Origin: Rhodospirillales bacterium | Lineage (GTDB): Bacteria; Pseudomonadota; Alphaproteobacteria; Bin95 | DNA length: 64,000 nucleotides | NCBI GenBank assembly: GCA_038143065.1 | Contig: JAYQLI010000035.1 | Span: 1,952,894 to 2,016,893 of the forward strand | Reading direction: 5' to 3' | In this document: positions 36,197 to 46,169 of the stretch, in pieces | Layout of the letters: each line of letters starts with the position of its first letter | Numbering within the stretch: the stretch's first letter is position 1 | Program-made: the position numbers and the translations under genes | The notes under the pieces: model-generated | What the model was told of the DNA's origin: nothing | What the model saw: only the letters and a program-made list of their open reading frames with translations | The model's database searches: none

Positions 36197-36763
36197 CTAG
36201 TCTTTTGCCCGCTCTACATATTCTCGGTTTTCAGTATGAACAACAATGCGTGTGCCAGTAACAATATGAGGAGGCACTGAGATACGCATGCCGTTTTCTA
36301 ACATAGCTGGCTTGTAAGAAGCGCTTGCAGTTTGGCCTTTCACCACTGGATCAGCCTCAACTACCTCTAGGACAACTGTTGTTGGGAGGGTGACCCCAAT
36401 TGGAGTGCCATCAACTGTGTTGATCCGAATAGCCATGCCATCCTGCAAAAAGTCTGCTTTTTCACCGACGGTCTCACCATCCATCGTGAACTGATCGTAA
36501 GTTTCATTATCCATGAAAGTAAACAATTCGCCCTCGCGATAGAGGAATTGAACTTCACGCTCATCGGTATGTAATCGCTCTACTGTATCGCCTGTTCGAA
36601 AACGGACATTAGTTTTGGTTCCCGTCATCACATCGCGCATATCAAGCGCAATAAACGCATTCCCTTTACCGGGTAAGATCAGCTCGTGTTTTATCACCAT
36701 GTAATGGCGATTATCATGCTCAATTGCGTGGCCAGCACGCAGTGTGTTTGCGATGACCTTCAT
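36197..36763 (-). CDS. efp: Elongation factor P
   Basis: PGKG loop, FMDNETYDQ, KGQTASASYKPA, YVER. Confidence 0.96.
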   Translation of the reverse strand: MKVIANTLRAGHAIEHDNRHYMVIKHELILPGKGNAFIALDMRDVMTGTKTNVRFRTGDTVERLHTDEREVQFLYREGELFTFMDNETYDQFTMDGETVGEKADFLQDGMAIRINTVDGTPIGVTLPTTVVLEVVEADPVVKGQTASASYKPAMLENGMRISVPPHIVTGTRIVVHTENREYVERAKD

Positions 36764-36809
36764 AATGGCCCCGTTATATCCGTTTCGAAACTAAATCGAG
36801 GTGCTTCTA

Positions 36810-37871
36810 TCAGTCGTCGACTAAACCCGCAACCGGCGGCGGGTATCGGTGTTCTTGCCCAAAGGGGTCACTAATGACCCAGTCTCCTTTTTCAGACGCC
36901 TGCACATAGCTCGGGGTGAGAGGTGATTTTCCATATCCCCCCGGCACATCTAAAACGTAGGTTGGCTGACAAAGACCTGACACTCTTCCGCGAAGCGCTT
37001 TCATCAGCTCCTGCCCAACCGAAATATCAACACGAAACCGCGCTGTCCCAGGCGCTAAATCCAAATGATGCAGGTAATAAGGCCGAATACGAGAGGCAAC
37101 CAACGCTCGCATCAAATCTTCTAGAGGACCGATCTCAGCATTAACGCCCGCCAACAGCACGGACTGTCCTAACAAAGGAATACCTGCATCAGCAAAAAGT
37201 GCAGCAGCTTTTACTGCTGCTTCAGTAAGTTCACTGGCATGGTTGCAATGAATGGCGACATAAGACGAGAGCCTTCCTGTGCCCTTAACTGCCGCCACCA
37301 ATTCAGGTGAAACTCTGTCAGGGTCTGCAATTGGAACGCGCGTATGGATGCGCAGGATCTTAACATGGGAGATGAACTCCAGCTGCTTGATGATCCTTGC
37401 AAGAATTGACGGCTTCAGCATGAGTGGATCGCCACCAGTCAAAACGACTTCCCAGATCTCCGGGCGGTTGGCGATGTAAGCCACGGCGTCGGAGATCTCT
37501 GTCGGTTTCATAGCTGGAGCGGAACCAACTGTCTCTCTTCTAAAGCAATATCGACAGTATACAGGGCAAACGCTTATTGGTTTGAGTAAAACACGGTCAG
37601 GGTAACGATGTACAAGTCCTGGGGTTGGGCTGTGTGAATCATCACCGATAGGATCAGACAACTCTTCTGGCATTTGTGTGAGTTCATTAATGTCTGGCAG
37701 AAATTGCTTCTTGATTGGTTCACCATAAGCGTCAATCAGTGCTGCCATCACTGGTGTGACCCGAATGGCATAGTGGCGGCCGACTAACTCAGCTTGCTCG
37801 GCGGCTTCGGTATCTATAAGCCCAGCACCGAGCAGTGCTTGAGCAGAAATAAGAGCAGGTTTAGCGTTCAT
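36810..37871 (-). CDS. epmB: Lysine 2,3-aminomutase family radical SAM protein (EpmB-like)
   Basis: HRYPDRVL, CPVYCRYCFRR, TGGDPL, PYYLH; between efp and epmA. Confidence 0.9.
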   Translation of the reverse strand: MNAKPALISAQALLGAGLIDTEAAEQAELVGRHYAIRVTPVMAALIDAYGEPIKKQFLPDINELTQMPEELSDPIGDDSHSPTPGLVHRYPDRVLLKPISVCPVYCRYCFRRETVGSAPAMKPTEISDAVAYIANRPEIWEVVLTGGDPLMLKPSILARIIKQLEFISHVKILRIHTRVPIADPDRVSPELVAAVKGTGRLSSYVAIHCNHASELTEAAVKAAALFADAGIPLLGQSVLLAGVNAEIGPLEDLMRALVASRIRPYYLHHLDLAPGTARFRVDISVGQELMKALRGRVSGLCQPTYVLDVPGGYGKSPLTPSYVQASEKGDWVISDPFGQEHRYPPPVAGLVDD

Positions 37872-37897
37872 ACAGCTTTCTATAAGGGGATCTAGCG

Positions 37898-38926
37898 ATG
37901 ACAGGAAGCGCACCCGCCTGGCGGCCCGATAAATTCGAGCACCGTCGCCCCTATCTCATGGCCCGTAATCGCATTTTGAAAGCCATGCGACAGTGGTTTG
38001 ATGATCAAGGTTTTTCGGAGGTAGAGACACCAGCTCTTCAAATATCGCCTGGTATGGAACCGAACTTAAATCCCTTTGAGACCACTCTTGTTGAGCCTGA
38101 TGGCAGGTCTCAAGTGATGGGGCTTCATACAAGCCCAGAATTTGCGATGAAAAAGCTGCTGGCTGCTGGTGCCGGTCCTATTTTCCAAATCGCACGGGTT
38201 TATCGAAACGGCGAACGCTCAGCGACCCACCATCCCGAATTCACGATGTTGGAATGGTATCGTCCCGGCAGTGATTGGAAACAAGGAGCTATTGATACTC
38301 TAAGCCTCCTTAAAATCGCAGCCAAGGCTGCTTTCCCGTTACTTCAATGTGGCAAATTTGATCCCCAGGCGTCAGCTGATTGGTTAAGTGTTTCAGACGC
38401 CTTTCTGGAAAAACTTGGTTTCGATCCATTGCCCTTTCAAAACGATGAGGCCGCTCTGCGCAGTGCCGCTAACACGGCAGGGATAAAAACCGACGAGAGC
38501 GACGACTGGGACGACATTTTTTTTCGTTGTCTTTTAAACCGGATAGAGCCACACCTTGGGACTAATAAACCTTTAGTTTTGCACCACTACCCAGCTCGAA
38601 TGGCAGCCCTTGCGCAGATAGACCCATTAATTCCTCTAGCCGCAGAGCGCTTTGAGGTTTTTGCTGACGGTATAGAGCTTGCTAATGGTTTTGGTGAACT
38701 TACCGACCCCGAAGAATATAAGCGAAGGTTTAATGCAGACCTCAACGCCATAACCGCGAATGGTGAATCACGCAAAATTGATGAAGATTTTCTCAATGCT
38801 ATTGCTCACGGCCTTCCATCAGGTTCAGGGGTTGCAATGGGTTTTGACAGAGCTGTTATGCTAGCAACCGGAGCACGGCACATTGAAGATGTTCTTTGGC
38901 TTCCCGTGGCAAATTCAGCTAAATAG
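37898..38926 (+). CDS. epmA: EF-P lysine aminoacylase (GenX/PoxA)
   Basis: EVETP, LHTSPEFAMKKLLA, HHPEFTMLEWY, ELANGFGEL, GVAMGFDR; no anticodon-binding domain. Confidence 0.94.
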   Translation: MTGSAPAWRPDKFEHRRPYLMARNRILKAMRQWFDDQGFSEVETPALQISPGMEPNLNPFETTLVEPDGRSQVMGLHTSPEFAMKKLLAAGAGPIFQIARVYRNGERSATHHPEFTMLEWYRPGSDWKQGAIDTLSLLKIAAKAAFPLLQCGKFDPQASADWLSVSDAFLEKLGFDPLPFQNDEAALRSAANTAGIKTDESDDWDDIFFRCLLNRIEPHLGTNKPLVLHHYPARMAALAQIDPLIPLAAERFEVFADGIELANGFGELTDPEEYKRRFNADLNAITANGESRKIDEDFLNAIAHGLPSGSGVAMGFDRAVMLATGARHIEDVLWLPVANSAK

Positions 38927-39057
38927 GGCACAGTTGTCACATTTTTGCCCAATTAACAGCAATAAAAAGTGCATAAATAGATTGGTGACGAGATGCTCGC
39001 ATCAGTTTAGTCTCTGAAACCGTTCTCAAAGTAACTAACCAAGGTTTCTGAATACCA

Positions 39058-40338
39058 ATGGATCGCCTGCGCATCAGTGGTGGACACTCTCTTGTGGGCG
39101 AAATCCCAATCAGTGGAGCTAAAAATGCTGCTTTGCCCCTAATGGCAGCTGGATTGCTATCAGAGGACGGGCTGACTCTCGCAAATGTGCCTAGCCTAGC
39201 CGACATCGCTTCAATGGCGGATTTGCTAAATGAATTAGGCGCCGAGTTAACCATAAAGCGAGATGACAATAACCAAGGTCAAACCGTCAGAATTCACGCA
39301 CAAGAAATTACTAATATTGAAGCGCCGTATGACATTGTCCGAACGATGAGAGCTTCGGTCCTGGTTTTGGGGCCACTCGTTGCCCGCGCAGGAGAGGCCA
39401 AAGTGTCACTTCCCGGAGGCTGCGCTATTGGCAATCGACCGGTAGACCTGCACTTAATGGCATTAGAGAGCATGGGAGCAAAAATCGAGTTGGAGTCAGG
39501 ATACATCCATGCATTTGCTCCAAAGGGTCTTCATGGCAACCGCATTACATTTCCAACAATTTCGGTGGGCGCAACAGAAAATGCCATGATGGCTGCCGCA
39601 CTTGCCAATGGTGAAAGCACTCTAATCAACGCTGCGCGGGAACCGGAAATCGCGGATCTCGCCAAATGCTTGATCGGTATGGGTGCTGAGATCACTGGCG
39701 CTGGCTCAGATACGATTTATATTCAAGGTAAACCGCGACTAAATCATACAAATCATTCAGTTCTACCAGATCGAATAGAAGCCGGTACGTTTGCAATGGC
39801 AGCAGCGATGACCTCTGGCAATATAGAGCTCCTTGGTGCCAAATTATCCCACATCGAGGCCGCTGCAACCATTTTGAAAGAATGTGGAGTCAACTTAACT
39901 GAGACAGAGCGTGGTTTACGTGTGAGCCGTTTGGGAGACCGATTGGTAGGCGTAGATGTCATGACTGAACCATATCCAGGCTTCCCTACCGACCTACAAG
40001 CCCAGTTTATGGCGTTGATGACCACTGCTGATGGCGCGTCTATGGTCACAGAAACAATTTTTGAGAACCGGTTTATGCATGTGCCTGAACTTACACGCAT
40101 GGGTGCAAACATTAATGTTCACGGATCCTCAGCAATGATCCGCGGCACTTCCAACCTGAAAGGTGCGCCCGTGATGGCGACAGACTTACGGGCTTCTGTA
40201 AGTCTTGTTCTCGCGGGATTGGCGGCCGAGGGCGAGACTATCGTCAATAGAATTTATCATCTGGACCGCGGATATGATCAGGTAGAAAACAAACTAAAAG
40301 CTTGTGGGGCGGAAATTAGGAGGGAGAAAGAAGCATAA
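39058..40338 (+). CDS. murA: UDP-N-acetylglucosamine 1-carboxyvinyltransferase
   Basis: SGAKNAALP, LPGGCAIGNRPVDLH, PGFPTDLQAQ, HLDRGY. Confidence 0.98.
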   Translation: MDRLRISGGHSLVGEIPISGAKNAALPLMAAGLLSEDGLTLANVPSLADIASMADLLNELGAELTIKRDDNNQGQTVRIHAQEITNIEAPYDIVRTMRASVLVLGPLVARAGEAKVSLPGGCAIGNRPVDLHLMALESMGAKIELESGYIHAFAPKGLHGNRITFPTISVGATENAMMAAALANGESTLINAAREPEIADLAKCLIGMGAEITGAGSDTIYIQGKPRLNHTNHSVLPDRIEAGTFAMAAAMTSGNIELLGAKLSHIEAAATILKECGVNLTETERGLRVSRLGDRLVGVDVMTEPYPGFPTDLQAQFMALMTTADGASMVTETIFENRFMHVPELTRMGANINVHGSSAMIRGTSNLKGAPVMATDLRASVSLVLAGLAAEGETIVNRIYHLDRGYDQVENKLKACGAEIRREKEA

Positions 40339-40787
40339 TGTCTTATCCCATCCGCCCACTCCGCTTATTTGCAAAAGATGAAACCGACTTAACGATTATG
40401 GCTACTTGTTTACAGGATGCGATAATTCCAGTTGGAGATATCGCCTGGCTAAAAAGCAAAAACGAATTCGCGCTCGCCTTTAACCGGTTTATGTGGGAAG
40501 CAAGTGGAGAGGTTTTGGACAACAGTCCTGTTTATTTCCGAACACATAGTTTGCTAAAGATTGAAAATGTCATCAACGTCCAATCACGCTCATTAAACCT
40601 GCAAAATCGATCAGAAATTCTTTCCATGATGAGCTTGAAAACTTTTGATAAGGGTGTCGATCTATTGTTTTCGGAAGATAAAGCTATCCGAATACAGGTC
40701 GAAAAGCTCAATCTTGTATTAACTGACATGGGCCAACCCTGGCCAACTCGCTGGCAACCCAATCATCCAGAAGAAAACTCGGCCTAA
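40338..40787 (+). CDS. DUF2948 family protein
   Basis: DL.I...LQDAI, NRFMWE, D.G.PW; usual position after murA. Confidence 0.85.
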   Translation: MSYPIRPLRLFAKDETDLTIMATCLQDAIIPVGDIAWLKSKNEFALAFNRFMWEASGEVLDNSPVYFRTHSLLKIENVINVQSRSLNLQNRSEILSMMSLKTFDKGVDLLFSEDKAIRIQVEKLNLVLTDMGQPWPTRWQPNHPEENSA

Positions 40788-40798
40788 GGAAACTCAAT

Positions 40799-41539
40799 AT
40801 GATTAATCTAAGTAATAAAAAAGCATTCGTAACTGGCGCCGCCTCCGGAATTGGCCGAGCAACTGCTACAACGCTAGCCGAAGCTGGTGCTTACGTTATC
40901 GCGACAGACATTGATGAATCCGCAGGCGCTAAGTTAGCCGAGGATTTGAAAAGTGGTGAATTCAGAACCTTAGATGTGACGGATCCAGACGCCATAATTG
41001 CTTGTGCAAATCAACTAACAAATGACCACGGTCCTATGGACATAATTGTAAACGTAGCAGGTTGGGACAAAACCGAGCCATTCATGGAGAATTCACCTGA
41101 GTTTATTGAGAAGATTGTTCAACTAAATTATCTCGGCCAGGTGCGGGTTTGCCAGGCATTGTTGAAACCAATTATTGAAGGTGGAAAGGGTGCTAAAATC
41201 GTTAATGTGTCGTCTGATGCAGGCAGGGTTGGCTCGATGGGGGAGACTGTTTACGCCGGCGCAAAAGGCGGTGTAATTGCTTTTTCAAAGTCACTCGCTC
41301 GCGAAATGGCCAGGCACGGCGTTTGCGTGAATGTTGTGGCGCCAGGGCCAACTGATACACCCTTGTTTCAGGGGCAAAATGAGCGCCTGAAAGAAGCATT
41401 GCTTCGCGCAATTCCGTTTCGAAGGTTAGCTCAGCCTCAGGATATTGCAGATGGGATACTTTATTTTGCAAGCAACCGTGCCGATTATGTCACCGGGCAA
41501 GTGTTAAGCGTTTCAGGCGGCCTTACAATGCACGGTTGA
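40799..41539 (+). CDS. SDR, BadH-like (2-hydroxycyclohexanecarboxyl-CoA dehydrogenase-like)
   Basis: NVAGWD, SDAGRVGSMGETVYAGAKGG, PGPTDTPL, VSGGLTMHG. Confidence 0.8.
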   Translation: MINLSNKKAFVTGAASGIGRATATTLAEAGAYVIATDIDESAGAKLAEDLKSGEFRTLDVTDPDAIIACANQLTNDHGPMDIIVNVAGWDKTEPFMENSPEFIEKIVQLNYLGQVRVCQALLKPIIEGGKGAKIVNVSSDAGRVGSMGETVYAGAKGGVIAFSKSLAREMARHGVCVNVVAPGPTDTPLFQGQNERLKEALLRAIPFRRLAQPQDIADGILYFASNRADYVTGQVLSVSGGLTMHG

Positions 41540-41548
41540 TTTTGCTCA

Positions 41549-42800
41549 ATGCCGAACTCCATAGATTTCCGGAAATATTTGGAGCCAGGTGACCTGGTTG
41601 TTGTAGCGCAGCTAGGGAGCTGAACCTACAAAACTGACAGCAGCGCTTTTCAATGCTGCAAAGGACATCGAGGGGATTAGGGTGCTGACCAGTTTCCCTC
41701 TGGGCGATGCTGAAACACGGCTTGCCAATGAACACATCCGATTTCTTTCCATGGATGGTTTTGGCGCAAATGGTCAACTATTTCAGAAAGGTCGCTTAGC
41801 CGTAGCACCTGCCCGTTTTTCGGATTATTCACGGTTATTCGAAGGCAAGCTTAAGCCAGCAATTACTCTTTGTTCTGTAACACCGCCAGACTCTGAAGGA
41901 AACGTAAGCCTAGGGGTTACTGTCGACCATCTTCCCGCCGCAATCCGGGAGGCAAAGGTAGCTTTCGCGGAAATAAATCCTTTTATGCCATGGACACAAG
42001 GTGATGCTGTTCTGCCACTATCAAGTTTTGGGGGCACGGTTAACGCTATAACAGCACCAGCTGAGTGGGTTTCTCGTGCGCCAGGACCAATTGATCACGC
42101 AGTTGCCGCAAACGTTGCCAGGTTGGTACCTGACAGGGCTACTGTGCAATATGGTGTAGGTTCACTGCCTGACGCCGTGGCTGCTGCACTTGCAAAAAAG
42201 CGCGACCTTGGCCTTCATTCTGGCAGTTTTGCTGACAGTATTGTTGATCTAGTCGAGGCTGGAGCTGTTTCGAACAAATATAAAGAGATTGATCAGAACA
42301 AACATGTGGCAACAGCTTTATATGGGTCTCGCCGGCTATACGACTTTGTAGATAGAAATCCGGACTTAATCATGAGAGCTGGTACGTATACCCACAGCGC
42401 TAATACCCTCTCTAATTTTAATTGTTTTTTCGCGATAAATTCGGCGCTTGAGGTTGATCTTTCTGGCCAAGTGGGCGCAGAAGCGGCAAATGGAAGGTAC
42501 CTAGGAGCCATTGGTGGCCAGTTAGATTTCCATAGAGCCGGATTACTTTCTCCAAACGGGCGCGCAATTATTGCGCTTAGTTCAACAGCTGGAAAAGCAA
42601 GAAAAACTAAAATTGTATCGAGTTTATCAGGGCCGGTAACAGGCCCAAGGGCAGATGCAGATACAGTTGTAACAGAGAATGGAATTGCGGAGCTTGCAGG
42701 CCTAACTCTCGAAGAAAGAGCAGAAGCCCTGATATCTATAGCAGACCCAGAGTCCCAAGCGGCTCTTCGCAGCGCTGTAGAAAAAAATGGACTAGTCTGA
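41549..42800 (+). CDS. Acetyl-CoA hydrolase/4-hydroxybutyrate CoA-transferase family protein (frameshift near 41616)
   Basis: QYGVG, INSALEVDLSGQV, GGQLDF, VVTENGIAEL; upstream ATG frame joins by removing one G. Confidence 0.82.
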
Positions 42801-43517
42801 TCCAGCTATACCTTTCAGCCAAAGTGGGTCTTTGATTTTCATCAAAAAGGCCTCGTGCGCCTCTAATTCTTCCAGCGAGGGGATGTGGGGGCGTGGCGCC
42901 AATTTCTTTCGATTAGTGGAGGAATTTGAAATAGAGGTTTCTATTTTTTGATTGGTACCATCAGTCGAATTTTTCTTATCAGCGGACAACAGCAATCCTG
43001 GCTGCTTTCCACCAATTAATTCTAAATAAACTGCTGCTAGAAGCCGGCAGTCAATTACAGCCCCGTGCTTTTCTCGCACTGAAAGATCAACATCAAAACG
43101 TCGACACAGAGCATCCAAACTATTTGAGCCACCAGGATACTTTTTTCTGGCAATCTCTAGGGTATCAATCAGTCTTGTCGCCGGTATTGGAGGTTTTTTA
43201 AGAGACTCCAATTCCCAATTTAGGAACTTGGCATCAAAGGGCGCATTATGTATCACGAGCGCTGCATCGTCTCCGAGGAATTCCAGGAATTCGTCCACTA
43301 TGTCACCAAAAATTGGTTTGTCCTTCAGGAAATCCTCTGAAATTCCATGAATGGCAAACGCTTCTTCCGGCATATCCCGCTCTGGATTTATGTAAAGGTG
43401 CAGTTCACGACCTGTAGGCACATGAAAGTTAAGTTCCACGCAACCAATCTCGACCACCCTGTCACCTGAACGGGGATCAAGTCCTGTTGTCTCCGTGTCC
43501 AGTACTATTTCGCGCAT
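42792..43517 (-). CDS. dnaQ: DNA polymerase III epsilon subunit
   Basis: LDTETTG, HNAPFD, HGAVID, GGKQ clamp-binding motif. Confidence 0.96.
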   Translation of the reverse strand: MREIVLDTETTGLDPRSGDRVVEIGCVELNFHVPTGRELHLYINPERDMPEEAFAIHGISEDFLKDKPIFGDIVDEFLEFLGDDAALVIHNAPFDAKFLNWELESLKKPPIPATRLIDTLEIARKKYPGGSNSLDALCRRFDVDLSVREKHGAVIDCRLLAAVYLELIGGKQPGLLLSADKKNSTDGTNQKIETSISNSSTNRKKLAPRPHIPSLEELEAHEAFLMKIKDPLWLKGIAGSD

Positions 43518-44138
43518 TTACCGCCCATAGTCTTTGCCTTTCTGACGAATACCGCGCAACGCTTGTCTAATTCTGTCTCGAGTTAGCCTTTTTCCAAGCC
43601 CTGATGGTATAATTATATCTGCTTTCCTGCGTTTTTCAGCATCAGGCAATTGCTTAGCAAGGACCTGACTGAGCCTTTCTTCTGTCATTCCAGGACGAGC
43701 CAACACACGCGCACGCTGGATATGTGCAGGTGCGGATACCACAAGTGTAATGTCACAGCGCTTATCGCCACCAGTTTCAAAAAGTAGTGGGACATCACGT
43801 GCCACAACCTTGTGACCGGAGCGAGCGGCACGAGCTATAAAACTGCGTTCTTCCTCCCCAACCATGGGATGCAGAATTCTTTCTAACTTTGATAATGCTT
43901 CTTGGTTTCCAAAAACCAAAGGTCCCAGTTTCGTCCTGTCAATTGATCCATTTTCAGCATCTCCGGGAAATTCTGCTTCTAAAGATCTGACAGCACGGCC
44001 GCCTTTTGCCATCAACAAATGAACTTCGGCGTCTGCATCAAACACAGGAACGCCTTCTTTGCGTAGGCACGAAGCCGCGAAGCTCTTTCCCATGCCAATA
44101 GATCCGGTAAGTCCAATAACAAAACGCCCACGGATCAT
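43518..44138 (-). CDS. coaE: Dephospho-CoA kinase
   Basis: GLTGSIGMGKS, DADAEVH, PLLFETG. Confidence 0.95.
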   Translation of the reverse strand: MIRGRFVIGLTGSIGMGKSFAASCLRKEGVPVFDADAEVHLLMAKGGRAVRSLEAEFPGDAENGSIDRTKLGPLVFGNQEALSKLERILHPMVGEEERSFIARAARSGHKVVARDVPLLFETGGDKRCDITLVVSAPAHIQRARVLARPGMTEERLSQVLAKQLPDAEKRRKADIIIPSGLGKRLTRDRIRQALRGIRQKGKDYGR

Positions 44139-44980
44139 TTAAGATCATCCAAAATCAATTGCCGAAGTTCTGAGTCAACAGCAGGTTTTGTACCAAACCA
44201 AGCATGAAATCCGGGAACAGCTTGATGCAGCAGCATTCCCAGGCCATCTACGACTTTGTTGCCACGATGTTTCGCTGCTGCAAGTAAATTTGTCTCTAAA
44301 GGAACATAAACGATATCGTAAACAACTGCTTCTTTTGGCAAATCATCTAGGGGAATTTCTAAAGGATGAGCGCCCTTCATTCCAAGGCTTGTTGTGTTCA
44401 CAAGTAGATTACTTTCTGCCAATGAAGACGCCCGTTCTGACCAACTTATAACTTTGATTTTATCTCCAAAATTACTGGCAATAATCTCCGCCTTGGATTT
44501 AGTTCGATTTACTAATCTTATTTCTTTAACACCAGCTTCCAGCAATGAATGAATTGCCGCGCGAGCTGATCCACCTGCCCCTAAAACCACCACTGGCCCA
44601 GCCTGTGGATCCCATTCGGGTACAGTCGCTCGAAGGTGCGCAAAAAACCCTGGAGCATCTGTATTCGAACCAAGTAATGAGCCTTCTGGTGAAACTACAA
44701 TTGTATTAATCGCACCAATTGCTTGAGACGCGGCATCACGCTCATCAACAACTTCAAACGCTGTTAGTTTGTGAGGAACGGTTACATTCATCCCTGCTAT
44801 TCCAAGCTTTGGAAGAGATCGAATAGCATCCGCCGCTGCATCTGGATGAACAGCCAACGGAACATAAGTCCCGTCTATTTTATGCTTTTCAATCCAATGG
44901 CCATGGATCAGGGGTGACCGTGAGTGACTAATAGGCCAACCAATGATCCCAGCAACGACAGCGTTACCTGACATTTTCAT
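44135..44980 (-). CDS. aroE: Shikimate dehydrogenase
   Basis: HSRSPLIH, NVTVPHK, NTDAPG, GAGGSA, DGLGMLLHQA. Confidence 0.96.
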   Translation of the reverse strand: MKMSGNAVVAGIIGWPISHSRSPLIHGHWIEKHKIDGTYVPLAVHPDAAADAIRSLPKLGIAGMNVTVPHKLTAFEVVDERDAASQAIGAINTIVVSPEGSLLGSNTDAPGFFAHLRATVPEWDPQAGPVVVLGAGGSARAAIHSLLEAGVKEIRLVNRTKSKAEIIASNFGDKIKVISWSERASSLAESNLLVNTTSLGMKGAHPLEIPLDDLPKEAVVYDIVYVPLETNLLAAAKHRGNKVVDGLGMLLHQAVPGFHAWFGTKPAVDSELRQLILDDLK

Positions 44981-45582
44981 ATTAATAATGCCCCCTCTAA
45001 TCGAAGTGCATTAAGAAGAGGTGCCATAGGGAGACCTAATATAGTGAAATAGTCTCCCCTCACTTGATCAAACATTTGTACCCCTAGACCTTCAAGAAAA
45101 TAGCCACCTACAGATTTGCAGGCTTCTTCTCCAACAGTTTGGATATAACTATCTAAAAAAGTATCCGAAAAATTTCTCATTGTTAGATCTGCTGACTCAA
45201 TATGGGTCCAGCGTTCTTTTTCCGGTGCAAGCAAAACTAAGCCTGAAAGAAGTCGATGGGTCTTACCACGAAGAGCTTCAAGCTGTTTTTTTGCAACTTC
45301 AACAGAAGAAGGTTTGTCAAACCAATTACCTTCGAGTTCTAACATCTGATCAGCACCAATGATAATCGCCTCGGGATGCATAGTTTGAACAGCTTCAGCT
45401 TTTGCAGCAGCTAAAGCCAAAGCCGTTTTTGAAACAGTCCAACCATCTTGCTTGGCTATGTTTTTAATCTCGTCTTCGTCGACATTCGAGACAAACACAT
45501 CAAATTCAACACCAGATGCAGATAGAAGAGACCGTCGTGATTGGCTCGCAGATGCTAATATAATTGGCTTTAGTGTCTTCAA
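44977..45582 (-). CDS. maf: Maf family nucleotide pyrophosphatase
   Basis: ILASASQSR, IGADQ, KP, GDYFTILGLP; SD AGGAAGG before TTG. Confidence 0.93.
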   Translation of the reverse strand: MKTLKPIILASASQSRRSLLSASGVEFDVFVSNVDEDEIKNIAKQDGWTVSKTALALAAAKAEAVQTMHPEAIIIGADQMLELEGNWFDKPSSVEVAKKQLEALRGKTHRLLSGLVLLAPEKERWTHIESADLTMRNFSDTFLDSYIQTVGEEACKSVGGYFLEGLGVQMFDQVRGDYFTILGLPMAPLLNALRLEGALLI

Positions 45583-46169
45583 TATATTTACCTTCCTACA
45601 TATATATATATTTATTATTTATATTTTATTTATTTTTACTTAATTTATTCATGGATTACATTTTTCTACATCGTAACAATAGTTAAAAAGATAAAAAATA
45701 TCTTGAAAATATTCCACCTACAACAAACGTCAAAACGAATCTTAATGACTAAAACGTAAAAAAATCTCTCCTCAAAGCGACGCACATCTATGGAAGAAAT
45801 GGTGGACTAGTAGAGGATAAACAGGTGGATGAAATGTATCTTTTTTCTCATTGTGGATACTTCCCTCATAAGAGATATTTCCTTCAGTCGTGATATCCAC
45901 AGTGGAAATCCAGATTGATAATTGAGGGGAAAAAAAACCTATCCCTGATACTTCCACAGGATACTTCCTTTAGGTCTTTAATAAATTTAACGAGTCGATT
46001 GCCCTGTCTATGATAAATCAACGAATGGAGTTTTTTTTTATCCTGTTAGTAATTTTTTGCTTAGAGTTTTTATCCCCGATATCAGTCGCCCTAACTACAA
46101 CAATCAATATTAAATTAAGTTTTGTTTTGTAGTGTTATTTAACAAAATAAGAAGATATTCCTTGTCACC
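45583..46169. other. Probable chromosomal replication origin (oriC)
   Basis: 587-bp non-coding AT-rich gap between divergent maf and hemE, the usual alphaproteobacterial oriC position; DnaA-box-like TGTGGATAC (45852), ATATCCACA (45893), TTATCCCCG (46070); GCCC followed by trio-like TAACTACAACAATC and an AT tract. Confidence 0.85.

Noticed and set aside
38927-39057. Possible tRNA upstream of murA
   Set aside because: No T-loop GTTCRA motif or cloverleaf on either strand.
45975-45992. CtrA site in the origin (TTAATAAATTTAAC)
   Set aside because: Half-site spacing is 5 bp rather than 7, and the region is AT-rich, so a chance match is likely.
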